Source: Orbicella franksi
Taxonomy: Eukaryota
Length of the DNA stretch: 64,000 nucleotides
Reading direction: 5' to 3'
NCBI GenBank assembly: GCA_964199315.1
Contig: OZ116702.1
Location: forward strand, 16,492,001 to 16,556,000
Positions 34,900-49,100 of the stretch are shown piece by piece. The stretch's first letter is position 1. Each line of letters begins with the position of its first letter. Both the position numbers and the translations under genes were made by a program. The notes beneath the pieces are model-generated. The model was given only the letters and a program-made list of their open reading frames with translations. It searched no databases and was not told the DNA's origin.

Positions 34900-36509
34900 C
34901 GTTGAGTCCAAAACTTCAGTGCGAATCGAACCTTCCTGAGAGGCAGCATATACAATTCCGTTCTTGTGTTCAACATTCGACCCAAATTCATTTGGTCACA
35001 TATTACTATATACCGTATTCACTTTGTTTTCGCTTTTAACCGTATTGGTTTACAATAGTCTTTGTCTGAGACAATCTAAGCAGGTGCTTGGCCTATATTC
35101 AACATCAGCAACGCGTAATTCCAACCTGCACCTACAGCAACGTTAACATAACATAAACCAGACTTCACCGAGACCACTTTGTTAAAGCCACGTTCTTTTA
35201 TAAACGAAACGAAGAAAAATTGTCTGTAGAAGACACTTACTTTCTACCTATTAGACACAACAAATAGCGCATTTAATATAAACTGTGTTAGCAAACTCGT
35301 CTTGTTTTATAATAGCATCGGTAAATTTTATAACGGTGATGAACGATATATAGCAAAATCAGTTTTCTTGAATGAAACCCACAGTCACTTTTCTTACCTC
35401 AATAGTCGAGGAATGGGCCCTTGCAATAACTTTCAATTTGCAGCTGATCTACCGTACCGAATTTGAACCAGCTCTTTTTCAAATTACCATAGTAATTTAT
35501 TCTATTAAAAAAGTTGATTGCCAGAGTAACAACCGCCTTGTGCCAGCGACAAGCCGTAGGAGTCTATTCAATCACAACTGGGTGAACGTTTGACAGGAGT
35601 AATAGTTATGAGAACAAGAAAAGCAGCCGAAATGTCTCTGCGGTTGTTTCAATTTCAATTTTCTCCAATAATTGCTCTTGGCTAGTACTAGGCGTTTTGA
35701 ATGATTTTCTGACATACTTGAAATGTTAGTGGTACATCAATAGAAGTGTTAAATTAATTAGAATTTCAGTTCAATTTATACAGAATTTTGTGGCTTTAGC
35801 GCGGTGGTTTTCGATTGCCTGGTGTTTTAATGGGGTTGCCACATTTTGTAATAAAAGTTTAAAAGGTCCATGGTAAATTTTTAATACAGAAATCGTATGG
35901 AAATTTCGAACTGCACATCCCAACTTGTGTAGTTTTCAAGCCGGAAAGAGGACAAACCCAATTTTTTTCAAGGTCAAGACATGCTGAATACTGCGAATAT
36001 TGTATTTCTATAGTTTTTACACCATTTAATTAAACGTGTCTATGGCTCATGGCGAAAGCTTATGTCCTTATATACAATAGACCATTTACCGGTACATGTC
36101 TACCAGAAATTTATGTTGCAGTTAAAGGTTAAGGTGTTTAAAACACGCGACTAAAAGAACTTACGTTTTAAAGAAACTGTACGGTCACGTTTTTAACTTT
36201 CCATATATTTGATTGTCAACCCTTTCCAAGATTCTCTACAGAGTAGGCATAGAAATTTGAAAACGAGACTGCATGTTTTTATGCAAATCCACATCCCTGA
36301 AATGTGTTCAGTAAAGTCTCTTTGCGAGACTTCGTACCCAGGCAAGGGTTCAGTGCCCAAATTCTGGTGTGAATACTTAGAAAAAAGGTGCCTTCACATT
36401 AGTGCCTAGCGAGAATCGTTCTTGGGCAGTGTGAACATAGCCTAAGTAACAGCAATGGAACTTTAAGTTGGAGTCACAACCCTCTTTCTTATTTACAGCA
36501 AGTTGGCGG

Positions 36510-36690
36510 TCTGTTTCTCCTCCAAATTTGATATACCAATTGATTTTTACAAAGAAGTTCTATATGCCTGGCAAAGAATGAATTGCAGTGCTCTTCACAG
36601 CAAACAGGAAGTATTAAATGAAATCGTCTGGAAAAAACGTAACATTAAAATGGAAGGATATTCAATGTCTCACAAATCAAAGTGGCTTTA
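36510..36690 (+). pseudogene. Possible L1/Tx1-type LINE ORF2 C-terminal fragment
   Basis: FYKEVLYAW...EVLNEIVWKKRNI pattern, recognised from memory of this clade. Confidence 0.35.
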
Positions 36691-37479
36691 AGCCACTGAA
36701 CTTGGAAAATGAGTTATGAAAGGCTGAAAGTTGTCTTTTCATTTTATTAGGTCATAAGGTCCACTTCCAGGAAATTCCTGTAATGCTCTTACTGAATTTT
36801 CAGTAGTTACTCGAAAATGATTGGCTCTTAGGCAGCTAGGCAACGGTGAAAAAAAAATGCTTTGCTATTGTTTTGCAACAGTGGTGTCTCGTATTTAGAA
36901 GACTGGCGAATTTATTGAAGAACTAAGGAAAGGAGCAAAACACTTAACACCCAAAGAATGTTTTTGTGGAGTAGAGAAGTGGAAATCCGAGCCAAAGAAA
37001 TCAAAACGAACGGCCAGTTCTACCTTTCGGTGTAATCGATTATCTCTGCCAATCTGGTACAAGAAAACACCAAAGAGCAAAACTAGCAAAGACATTGAAA
37101 CAAAGAATATGAAGGAGAACTCACCACTTAAAGACGCCTACTCTTAACTGAGCAGTTACCAACCAAAGCGCAAAGAAGATTACGCTAAAAGGAGTTTCAG
37201 TGCACCGAAATGCGCAATAAAAAAAAAAATCAGACGTCAAAGACTTGACGGCCACGACTCCGGAGGCCAACGAGAACAACAAATGATTTCAAGAATAACT
37301 AACAGCAGAGTTCCGCATCCAGGAAGTGTCTTGAATCAGTTGTGACCACCAAAGTTATCCACAGTTTATTAAAAATACAGCCTCTGTCGCTTCTTCGCTC
37401 CCGGCCCTATTGTAGCTGCAACAAACGGCTGAGAAAAGCTCACCCAGATTTAGTGGCGCTAAGCATGGTCCATACTTAG

Positions 37480-37622
37480 CTCTTATTAACCGAGCAGGAG
37501 GTCTGTATGGGTGAATCTTGACCGAGGTAGTGAGTACAGACAGAACGCAGTGAGGTCTGTACACGGCACGACCGAGGTCAAGATTCTCCCATACTGACCG
37601 ACTAAGTTCGGTTAATAAGATG
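37480..37622. repeat. Palindromic MITE-like hairpin
   Basis: TCTTATTAACCGA...GTATGGG.GAATCTTGACCGAGG / CGAGGTCAAGATTCTCCCATAC...CGGTTAATAAGA. Confidence 0.65.
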
Positions 37623-38901
37623 TTTATTTTATGGCAAACAAGAACAATTTAATTCGCTTAATATAACCGATTTGTACTAACTGACATTTTTCTCGCGAAC
37701 GGCGATGAGGCGAACTTAATCTTGTCAAAGTTTGCCGTTTACTTTTTTTCTCTTCAGGCTTTTTGGCTCTTCCATAAATAAACATTGTTAGAAGAAAATA
37801 GTCAATATTTTTGCGTTTTAGTTTGCAACTTTTTCACCCGAAAATGTAACCGGTCTAGGTGTCTGTCTAGACGGGAAAATATAGACCGCTTTCAATACCG
37901 ATTCCAGCCAATCAAATTCGTGAATTCGCTAGTTCCCAGTCCTTGTGTGACACAGCCATATAATAAAAGAGGATCTTCACTAAGGAATCTGATTCCGAGT
38001 AACTTCTAATCGTCTTCAAAACGTTTAAATCAAGTTTAACTTTGCCCAAAGAGGTGTCTTATCATTAAGTCGAGGGTTTTTCAGGCGCATTACATTGTTC
38101 AAAAATAAAGTTTCATTCAGCTGATTTGTGCGTTTTTCAGCTCACTGAAACTCACGGATCACTGAAGTGGTTTCCTACAAAATTACGCAACCCGCAAGTT
38201 TTGCTTTTTAATAAAAGAAATTTGACCGTCTGTGTTATAAACAAGTAATCGCATGATTCTTCGTAAGAGGCTATGACTAAGGAAATCACTTCCTTCCAAG
38301 AGCAGGCCAATTTATTATTAATATTAAATCTGCACTGCAGTGCAAATTTGCGTTCGTTTATTTCTCAGTCTTATAATACAGGAGTAATCGTGTGAAAGCA
38401 CGAACAATCAAGGATTCACATAACTCGCAATATTTGTGATTATTTCAAATTACATTCGCCTAAAGGCTCGCACAATTTTGAGAGAATTTTAAAATATCAC
38501 TCGTAGTGTAAATCCTTAATTGCACTCGCATTCATACGATTACCTATACAAATTGAGGATTAATATTACTTGTGTTTTCGGAAGTTGCAGAAATTGCCCA
38601 CGTACTACAATTTCGGCAACTTCCGGAAACACGAGTGATTTTAATCCTCAATTTTACTCGGCCTCATGCGGTTATCCATACCACATGCTTAATTATTGAA
38701 GGATTTGAAAAAAATTGCTTTTACGTTCGTGCATATACACGTATACATTTCAGAAGGCGTTTGCTTTTAATCAAACAGACATGATCAATTCAAATAACTA
38801 TTTAACAAGAACTCTTCAGTCAAGTTAAGAGTGTTACTATCAAGGAGCCTGAAACTAAATTTTCGATCGCCACGAACAATGCCGCCAAAAACATCGAAGG
38901 A

Positions 38902-40540
38902 TAGCCTGCGTAGCAAGCGTTTCCGTGGAGTTGGGGAGCAAAGAAAGACCGAGGAAGGGGATTTTCGGTGTTTTGCCCGCCCGAAAAATGGGGCGAGAGC
39001 CAAAAAAAGAAAGAGGGGCTTGGGGGAGGGGAAGGAAGGAAACGCTTGTAGACAAACCCCTGGATTTTGAAAACCCCGTTCACCAGCGAACGGCGCTCGT
39101 GATTGGCTTGGCTAGTCGAACATTTTTGACATGTGTTGATCAAAGGTGAGCCAGAATCCAACATGGCGGAAGAAGGAGTAGACGCGTTCAGAGCTTGATT
39201 ACAAAAAGCTTTAACTTTTCTCGCCGAACGGGGATTTAGATGTGAGCTTCGACAAGAGACATAGAGACTCCTAAGCGATTCAGTCTTACGAGATCTTCGC
39301 GTTTTGCACCGCTGTGGAACAGTACGGTAGAAATCCTGTAGTGCAATGCCGACGCTTTGGGATTTCGAAGCCTGTACATTATTGCAGAAGCAAGTGACAC
39401 TATTTGCAGCTGTTCCTTATATTTTAACATTACTTTCTTGAATGCCACATGCGCCAAGAACAAGATAATAAACCACGGGACAGAAAATTCGCACCTACTT
39501 CCTCCAAGAATACTGTGTTGGAAAACCAAGTGATTTCGTCTGGCTCATTACATAGCAACATGCTTTCGGATTTTATCGTGTAGGTACTCTGACATTTCAT
39601 TGAAAGCATTTTTGTTGACAGCATTTAAAACCTCTGGGTACAACTCTGAATGATTTGTTATAGTGTTAGCTGCTACATGTTAGTTTTTGTCACATATTTG
39701 CTTTACCAAACATTTAGTCTTCTCGTCGTGGGGAATTCTTAAGCGAACATTTCCGGAGTTGGTTTTAAAACCAACTTTGACTTGGAGGCCGCCTTCGCCG
39801 GAAAGATTATCTATATTCAGATACCGGTCAGGATTATCGTTGTTTTCCTTCTCAGATGTTTGAAGTCTCCCCTGCCCAAATTCAAGCGTGTCCAGCAAAC
39901 GCTTCTTTACTAGAATTAACTTTGTAGGAGTTGACTAACTTTACTTTGTATAGCTTCCTGGACGAATGAATACAGTGATCCAAGGTTTCGAATCTTGCGA
40001 GCACAAGGATTACAAACACGACTTGAATACTTCTCACATTTTACCACCTCAACACCAACTTTCTGGCAGATTTGTGCTAAACCTTCACCCTTGCAGTCCT
40101 TCCTTTTAAACGGACTGAAAAGAGTTTCCGTAGAAATATAGCTTGATTTTAAATTACCAAATTTAACTTTGAAATTGTAATTACAATGCTTACATTGGTA
40201 GATCGGACTCATCGAGATTTCTTCATGCCCACCGTACGCTTGTTGTTTCGGAAATATTTTGAAAAGTTAAAGTTTGTTTTGGTTCAACACGTGCCCTCGA
40301 AAGTTCACTTCCGCCACGGAAGGCCAAAGATTTTATTGGTTAATTTATGACAGCCGATGACAGCATGAAATCTCACTGTGCGCACTCAGGCATGAAAGGC
40401 CAAGTGGGCGGTTTTTCAAAATCCAGGAGTTTGTCTGCAAGCATGTCCTCCCTTCCCCTCCCCCCTCTTTTACGCGCTCCATTTTTCGCGGGGTAATTCT
40501 TTGCTCCCGAACCCCACGGAAACGCTTGCTACGCAGGCTA
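38902..40540 (-). mobile_element. Internally deleted DNA transposon, AcademH-like (tentative)
   Basis: 27-bp perfect terminal IR TAGCCTGCGTAGCAAGCGTTTCCGTGG within ~180-bp imperfect TIRs; 9-bp TSD ATCGAAGGA (38893-901, 40541-49); minus-strand coding fragments (CxxC...CxxC finger; SALHYRISTVLFHSG...RLNRLGVSMS). Confidence 0.8.
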
Positions 40541-42599
40541 ATCGAAGGATAGAGAGCATCTTTTGAAATTCAAGACTTGTGTGCTTCTCTCAGTATCAAC
40601 ATTCAACAACAAGTAATTTAAAAAAACATCAACGGCAAAGTAATTTTACTAAATGGAATAAGGAAGATATCCGCAAGATCCTCAGGGATCCATATGTCGA
40701 TAAGTTAAAATCTTCTCTGGGAAATATTTGTCAGTGAAGTTCAAGAACTATAAACGATTACATTCACTAATATGAGGCTGAAAAAGGACTAACTGAAACA
40801 AAATATTCCACTGTGGAAGGATGTAAAACTGTACCCGGTGGTGTATTCTTGAAGTTAAAGCGAAAACCCCAAGAAGACACACTCGTCCACTTCAATCATT
40901 AGTAAAATAACAGGTCATAATAATTCAAGCACTTATTATTCATGCGAAAGCTGGAAAAAGTTGCGTCCTGAACAGTCGACCTTTGTTAATGTGAGAAATT
41001 CTAATACCGAACAGAAACCTTCTACTATCATTTGCATCATAAACACATGCAAAAACCAAGCTTCGACTGACTTTTTTCATCTCATCAGTAACAAAACATA
41101 GGAGCAAAAATTCTTATAGCTTGGGGCGTTTAGAAGCGGGCGATCGATGGGATACACAATTTTTCGCGGGTCCCCTTTTCTCCAGATATTGAAAGAGTTG
41201 ACGTTTATTTACAAAGGCGTTTGGTGAGAAGGAATGTTCAGTTCCATAGTCCAATGTATTCCGATAGAGGGGAAACAGAATATTGGAAAAAAACCTGACG
41301 GAACTTCAGCATCCTTGACAACGGCAATAACTTGCTTAAGCACGTAAAACAGCGAATCTGTAATAAGTCCATGAACACTGTTTGTCGTAATATCAGTAAA
41401 AACTAACTTGCATTCTAGGAAGATGTCTTGGAACGTTTACGTATGGTTGCTGTTGCGTGTTACGCATAAATGAATTTCATGGCCTTTACTTTGTTTTAGC
41501 TTCCATATGTGCTGATAGTCAACACAAACGGAGACGAGCGTGTTGTCACGACTTAGAAGTTTGCAGGCCACATCTGTTTGCATTTACAATGGGAAATAAT
41601 ATTTGAAATATATTTTCTGTATGTAATAGAATAAAGGAAACGTGCTAATGAAATCAATTTTTTTTTTCTATAGACGGTTGGCAACAATGCCTCTTGTCGT
41701 TGAATGGTTGATTAATTGAAATTATTGAAAATAAATGGAGGGAACATAGCTGAGAAATTCTAACATTAACACTATTTTCAAATATTTGGTTTTGCTATAA
41801 AAATTCATTTGTGGTTGGGCTTTATGTTTGTGAAAAATGTAATGTGGACTTAAGGTATTTTCGCGACAAGGAACGGGTTTCAGAAATAATTCATTTTCCT
41901 TCGCCTGGTTAGGATTGGATATCCGAATTAATGAAATCATATATCCAGCTGCAGGTGTTATAAATTCCTACCTTCAAACATGACTTACTGCAATAGAGAT
42001 TTCTGTTCCGGTTTTTGTGCCTCAGAAGTCAATCTAGTTCCGCGATAAGGTAACCCTCTGTAGCAAGTAAGGCTTCTTTGTTCTGAGGCATACATTAATA
42101 CTAACTTGAAGCTTGACCGCTGACTACTACATAGAAATTATGCCAAATTAGCACATAATGAATAGCATAGTACCGAGAAAAATAAATCAATGATTACTCG
42201 TATTCTTCTCACAACGTCAAATCCTTTCCTGGTTAGGAAAAAATCTATTTACAATATTTGTTTCATAATTCAAGTCAAGAAATGAACGATTTTATATTTA
42301 CCAGTACTTCACGCTGCGAGTGAAGTAACCTTCACTGTGCGTGCTATAATCCGATACAGGTGGGCACGTTTAATGGGACAATGCCAGTAACAATAAGGCT
42401 TTTGAGACAACTTCATTAGTTTAACCTAAACATGAAAACCACCATCAAGATATGCTTTGTCTAGTTCAATAGACAAAATGTAACCTAAATATAAGATATA
42501 TAAACAGGACATGCCTTGAATCACTTATTTCTATCTTGTACTCAGCTGCAAGGCTAAGGTTGTAACTCCATTCAAGCCTGTACATGACAGTCGGTCATT

Positions 42600-45500
42600 T
42601 TGCAAAAATGTTGCTGTAGTGTGGACTTTCTTCAAGAAATTGCTTTTAATAGTTTATTTAGAGCTAATCAAGTTGTTATTACATGAGTTTATGGACCATT
42701 TCGTGAATTTATAACAATTTATAACAGTTTTAAGCGATTTTATCGTGACAGTGTCCCTTTAAGTGATATTTTTACCGCCACAAAATAGCTTTTAAAATTA
42801 CGGCACGAACCCAAATGAGGACTGCAGTATATATTTCTCTTGCTGGATCAAGGATTTGCGGACTTTTTAAGTTTTACTCATATTCCGCAATGCCTTTTGT
42901 CTCGTGTCATGTCAGATAGCAAACTTTCTTCTTCAACAAATATACTTTGCTTCCTATTTCGTTGCGGTTAGGTCCAATCCTGTTTGCTTGCGGTTTGCTA
43001 TTATATCACAGCTGGAAAGGACGCGGAATATTCCGTGATCCGAACTTTTCCGACAGCCTATATATGCTTGAAATTTGCAATATAATGCTCTAAAAGTTCG
43101 CCAATTTTGTCTGGATTAAACTTCCACTAGAGTCGACGTTCACAGATAAAACCTCAAGTGTACTTGTTCTTTGTTATCTGCAAGTGTCCCGAGAATCCGA
43201 TGATCACTTAACGACCAAATGTTTTTTAAGTATGAGCACAGATAATTTTCATACACAGTCATTGCTTTGAAAAATATCCAAAAAATATTGCTGAGTGAAG
43301 GGCAAGAGTTTTTAAACTAGACAGACTAAATAGATAATGTTTGGCATAAGCACGCTCCATATGACAATGACCTGCAATTAGTGGTCGACACCTACTAAAG
43401 TAGTGGTTGACACCTACTAAGTATGCTAATTTCAGACGAAGCTGTGAAATTCTTCGTTTTATCAACACGGGCTATTTAAAATCATTTAAACAGAATCAAA
43501 AAATTCATACTAAAGATTTATTGACTAATGCTAAAAATAAAATCCATTCTGACCAGGATGAATTTCAGTTAATTGGGTAAAAATAGGAAAATATCGAAAT
43601 TAACATTTTACAGCAATTAACGTTTTAAAAACTTCTAGAAACTTCAATCATCGTTAAATATCAAATCGCTTCCATAAAAATGAAACATTGCTAAGTGAAT
43701 ATATATCTTAAGAGCCACTGCCTACAAATATAAACTAAACACCAGCACAAGTCGAACATTTTTTGCCCATAGGTTGGGCCTAGCTAGAAAACAAACGGAC
43801 CATAGTTAGTTTCTGCTAATACAGCTTTTTTGGAAGAATTTTGCAAACAACGATTACACCCCGATTGGGCTTAAAATCTACTTCCAGTTATGCTGAATTT
43901 TCTGAGTATATTTGATCGCATCGCACACCACACAACAGTTTCTTGAGAATCTTTCAACAATATCTTTATTCAGCTCAGTTCTTCATGGTACCATTAAACG
44001 AAAAGTAAAATAAATCGAAGTTTAAGTTTTGAGCCCGAAACGAGATTGAACAGACACGCAAAATTTGACAATGTGTTGCAAGCGAATTATAGCACTAAAA
44101 TATCGCCATAATTTTCTATGGGCTATAACTTTAAATGCCTGAAAACCGCTTTCTACGGGTTAACCATACACCCAACTGTTTGAAAATCAAAAAATATCTC
44201 TGGGCAAATAGTTTTAAGTAGGCCGCCTTGGCCTGTGTTTCTCATTTACCTGGACAGAGTTGCCCAAACATGAAACAGTTTTTATTCTGTTCCTCTACCC
44301 ACAATATTACGCAAAGTTCCTTCTTATGTTTCGCACAGCAAAATCCGACACAACCGAGACAGGTCGACGCTACGTTTCCTTTTTGTTTTTCACCGATTTT
44401 AAAGGGACACTGCCACCATTTTAAGCATGATTTTGGAAATCTCAAAAACATATATCGCTCATTGGAAGCTGAACAATTACGGTTTTGTTTTGTGGAGCAG
44501 TACTCTACAAAAAAACCCACTAGGAAGTGAGGATGGCTAACAATGGCGAGGATGCAAACAGATTGCGATATGGGTGATATGAAAGAGCGTCAGGATGTCA
44601 GTTTCTCAAAGGTTCAAGTATGGCTCGAAAACCGTTGAAATTTTACAAAAATGTTGCTGCAGTGTGGACTTTCTTCAAGAAATTACTTTTAATCATTTAG
44701 TTAGGGCTAATTAAGTTGTTATTACATTAGTTTGGGGACCATTTCGTGAATTTATAACAGTTTTAGGCAAACATATCGCGACAGTGTCCATCTAAACGAT
44801 ATTTTTACCGCCACAATTTAATTTTTAAAATTACTGCACGAACGCAAATGAGGACTATAATATTTATTTCTCTTGCTGGATAAAGGAATTGCGGACTTTT
44901 TAAGTATTACTTAACTTTCGCAATGCCTTTTGTCTCGTGTCATGTCAGATAGCAAGTACTCTTCTTCAACAAATACACTTTGCTTCCTGTTTCCTTGCGG
45001 TTAGTTCCAGTCCTGTTTCCTAGTTCCGAACTTTTTCGACGGTCTATATATGCTCGAAATTTGCAATATATTATGTCCTAAAAGTTCGCCAATTTTGTCT
45101 GGATTAAACTTCCACTAGAGTCGACGTTCACAGATAAAACCTCAAGTGTACTTGTTCTTTGTTATCTGCAAGTGTCCCGAGAATCCGATGATCACTTAAC
45201 GACCAAATGTTTTTTAAGTGTGAGCACAGATAATTTTCACACACAGTCATTGCTTTGAAAAATATCCAAAAAACATCGCTGAGTGAAGGGCAAGAGTTTT
45301 AAACCAGAGAGACTAAATAGATAATGTTTGGCATAAGCACGCTCCATATGATAATGACCTGCAATTAGTGGTCGACACCTACTAAAGTAGTGGTTGACAC
45401 CTACTAAGTATGCTAATTTCAGACGAAGCTGTGAAATTCTTCGTTTTATCAACACGGGCTATTTAAAGTCATTTAAACAGAATCAAAAAATTCATACTAA

Positions 45501-46145
45501 AGATTTATTGACTAATGCTAAAAATAAAATCCATTCTGACCAGGATGAATTTCAGTTAATTGAGTAAAAATAGGAAAATATCGAAATTAATATTTTACAG
45601 TAATTAGCGCTATAAAAACTTCTAGAAACTTCAATCATCGTTAAATATCAAATCGCTTCCATAAAAATGAAACATTGCTAAGTGAATATATATCTTAAGA
45701 GCCACTGCCTACAAATATAGACTAAACACCGGCACAAGTCGAACATTTTTTGCCCATAGGTTGGGCCTAGCTAGAAAACAAACGGACCATAGTTAGTTTC
45801 TGCTAATACAGCTTTTTTGGAAGAATTTTGCAAACAACGATTACACCCCGATTGGGCTTAAAATCTACTTCCAGTTATGCTGAATTTTCTGAGTATTTGA
45901 TCGCATTGCACACCACACAACAGTTTCTTGAGAACCTTTCAACGATATCTTTATTCAGCTCAGTTCTTCATGGTACCACTGAACGAAAAATAAAATAAGT
46001 CGAAGTTAGTTTTGAGCCCGAAACGAGATTGAACAGACAAGCAAAATTTGACAATGTGTTGCAGGCGAATTATAGTACCAAAATATTGCCGTAATTTTCT
46101 ATGGGCAAACAGTTTTAAGTAGGGCGCCTAGACCTGTGTTTCTCA
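42600..46145 (+). repeat. Local tandem duplication: ~42600-44245 versus ~44640-46145
   Basis: Long near-identical collinear blocks (track ORFs 43259-43468 and 45237-45455 are almost the same); copy 2 lacks ~80 bp at a TGGGC microhomology. Confidence 0.9.
44403..44791. mobile_element. Second copy of the same MITE, opposite orientation (a partial third copy ends at 42758)
   Basis: TTAA-AGGGACACTGCC...GACAGTGTCC; internal similarity to 17953-18340. Confidence 0.75.
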
Positions 46146-46198
46146 TAAATTTTGCCTAAAATCCACCGTTGGAATGTAAACAATTGGGTGACGCGGCC

Positions 46199-49100
46199 AG
46201 GGTCCGTGCAGGGTTCGGCCAATTCAATTTTTCAATTTTCTTGAAAAATGGAATAAGCAAATATTACTCAACTAAACTGTTTGTACTCATTTTCAGCTGA
46301 CCAAGAAAAATGTTAAATTAGCACAGGGCCAGTAAAAACGCATCATTTTTCCACTTTTCTAATTTAAAGATAAATCTAAAATTAGAAAAATCTTGTTTAT
46401 GGCTAAAAACGATATTTTTGTCCATTTTCCATTTTTCCGTTTTCCTAATCAACTGAAAAAACGCCAAAATGGAATATACTTGTGGCCATTTTCTGTTTTT
46501 TTTTTATTATTATTTTTCCGCTTTTAATCAACCACGAAAAAACCAGAAAATTGACATTTAGTCTATTGAATTTTCTATTTTCGTATGTTTGGCAAAAAAT
46601 GGAAAAATTGTAGTGGTGTCTATTTCTTGTTACGTTTTCCATATTTCGGTGAATTGGAGAAATGTCATCGATCTTGTTAAACATGCTGTTGTGATTTTAA
46701 ATGTACATGCAAACGATTTACTGAAATATCTAGCTTTTAATGGCCGCATACGCGCAAGCCGCGTCGAGGGACTGGGAATGCCCCAGTTCTTGGCAGGACC
46801 TTCGAAAGGTGGCGGGGATTGAGAGAGTAGTGACTGCTAGTTACATAAAGGAGCTTTGTCGAAAAGCAAGCGAAAACACACAAAGAAGTAAGTGGGATAT
46901 TAAGGCAAGGATACAACGTGGTTCTTCTGCAATTCTTTGTTTTTACCAGCCATGTGATCGAAACTAAAAATCGTAACCACTCAATAAATAAATTCAAGAA
47001 TATGGGATATGATAGATGATTGCTATATAAACAACCTCGCCAAGAATCAGGTTTCTGCTGTTTTTTATTCACCCGTTATTCGCAGAAGTGTGTCACCCTA
47101 ATTTATAGAGCTTTGTATGGAGACGCCATGTTTGTGCCCTTCGGAGGGGCACAAACATGGCGGCCGTACATTAACAAAAATATTTGTCGTCGAGTTTTGC
47201 TATTGAAACGAAAATTTTCACTCTAGAGCTCCGAAACATTCAAATGAATGCTTCTTCTAGTGCAAGCACCGTTTATTTAGCGAAAACTAAAGCGATAGCT
47301 CATCTTTTGACCTACGCGACAGTCTTTTCGGGCCGCCATTTTCATGTCACGCAACGCAAAAGCTTGGAGCGCTCTATTACAAAAAGAAGAACTCTGTCGA
47401 GCTAAAACATTGTCAAACTTCACGTTCCTTTAGGGTCTTTTATCAGAAGAAACTAAAACCTCAAAAGGAAAGATAATTTCTAATTTTTGAATATGACTAC
47501 GTCAAATGAAAACCAAGAATTGCTAAGGTGAGAGCATGTATTTACTGTCTCCTTTCGAAATATCATAGAAATAATCGGCAACTGCTTAAGTGATACTTGG
47601 GGAGAAATCAAGCTAATACTGCCGCCAAAAACGACTTGTTTGTTTGTTGACGAGAACTTATGTCTTGTGTGAGTCGTCACGCAACACTGATCAGGAGAGG
47701 GGCGTTGCGTGACGACTTCAATGAGACTAACGAGAACTACGCTTCTGAACGTTATGCTATTAAATTATGTAGTTTAACTCTCATAAAACTTGGTTCTACC
47801 TGGAACTTGGGAGAGGTGTCCATAGGGCTTGTCCAGTCTTTGGATGAACAACTGTAACTTACCTTCTTTCTATTTTGTCTTCCACTATTTATAAAATAAT
47901 TAGTTCCCTTTGTAACGTCACTGCTACCCGACGGTACCCATTTCGATAACCCACTCCCACTCCGTGTCCCCAACAACACCGTGAACGGCAGACATCGATT
48001 ACTCGCCACCTCAATCCTGTGCCATACTTCGCTGAATACTTTGGGCACAAACTTAATCTTGACCAGAACGAGAAACCTGGGCGTTATGGCGTCACCGAGG
48101 TCATAGCCGTGGATGGCTACAGTTCGTTTATAACTGGCAAATCGGTTATGACTTTAAAAATAATATCATCATTTACAGGGATGTATTCAGGTTAGCCTAT
48201 CATCCCGTTATAATTAACCCTCGTGTGCATTAGAGAAAGGTATATAAAATTATATTAAGTTGTTTCAAAGCAAACACAAGCTTTTTAGGCTCAGTTTCTT
48301 TTTTGCTGTCACCTGGTATGTTTGACCAAGTCCGAGTCGACTATGGCAGAGAGTTTTACTTGGTATTGGCAGTTCAGAGTCACATGAAGAGCATGCAAAA
48401 TAACGCAAGCAGACAGGCATACATAGAGACACAGTCAAAGTAGGTAATTAGGCTAATGAATCTGTGGTAACAATATTAATAGGTAGAATGCGATTTCAAG
48501 GAAAAAACAATCCACAAATTAGCAAAAAAACGACTCAAACACCTGCAACAGCAAATTTCTTCATCAGGTTTTGTGGAATTTAATGTCGCTTGGCTCAGGT
48601 CAAACGAGACGAACTAAACTGAGCGAATTAAGTTCATAACATAAGTTCGACGTTTGACTCGGCTGAGTCAACTGAAGGAGATAGTAGATCTAGATTTGAA
48701 TTAAGTTCGACGTTTGACCCACTTGGATCTACTCAGATTGCAATTTTGTTCGCCTCATGTGAATCTGGGCCAACAGGTAGGATAGTTTTACGTGTCAGTC
48801 ATTTTGTTCTATACTGTTTCTTTAGAATCATGCCGTGGAACAGCTTTGGGTAGAAATGAATTGCCGAACCAATATCCCATAAAGCGTGAGATGGAAAATA
48901 ACGGCATCATTCATATGGAGCATGACGTGACAAAATTCTACGTCTCATGGGTTACAAGGCAAGTTGTGGAGATGGGACTTGGATACGCAGTCAATTCCTG
49001 GAATTCGCATCCTATTCCAGGTAATTCATCTCTTAACCTCTTGAGATTAATAAGGTAATACGAGACTTCTGACTGACAGGCACTTTATTATTGTACAGGG

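Noticed and set aside
36870-37330. Coding-like lysine-rich stretch (KTGEFIEELRKGAKHLTPKECFCG...)
   Set aside because: Multiple stops and no motif I can assign; left uncalled
43380-43425. Two ~22-bp direct repeats (GTGGT(C/T)GACACCTACTAA), CRISPR-like
   Set aside because: Only two units, no spacers, no cas genes, eukaryotic context
35000-46000. Short track ORFs in the intergenic region as host genes
   Set aside because: Low-complexity AT-rich or repeat-derived, with no splice-consistent exon chain
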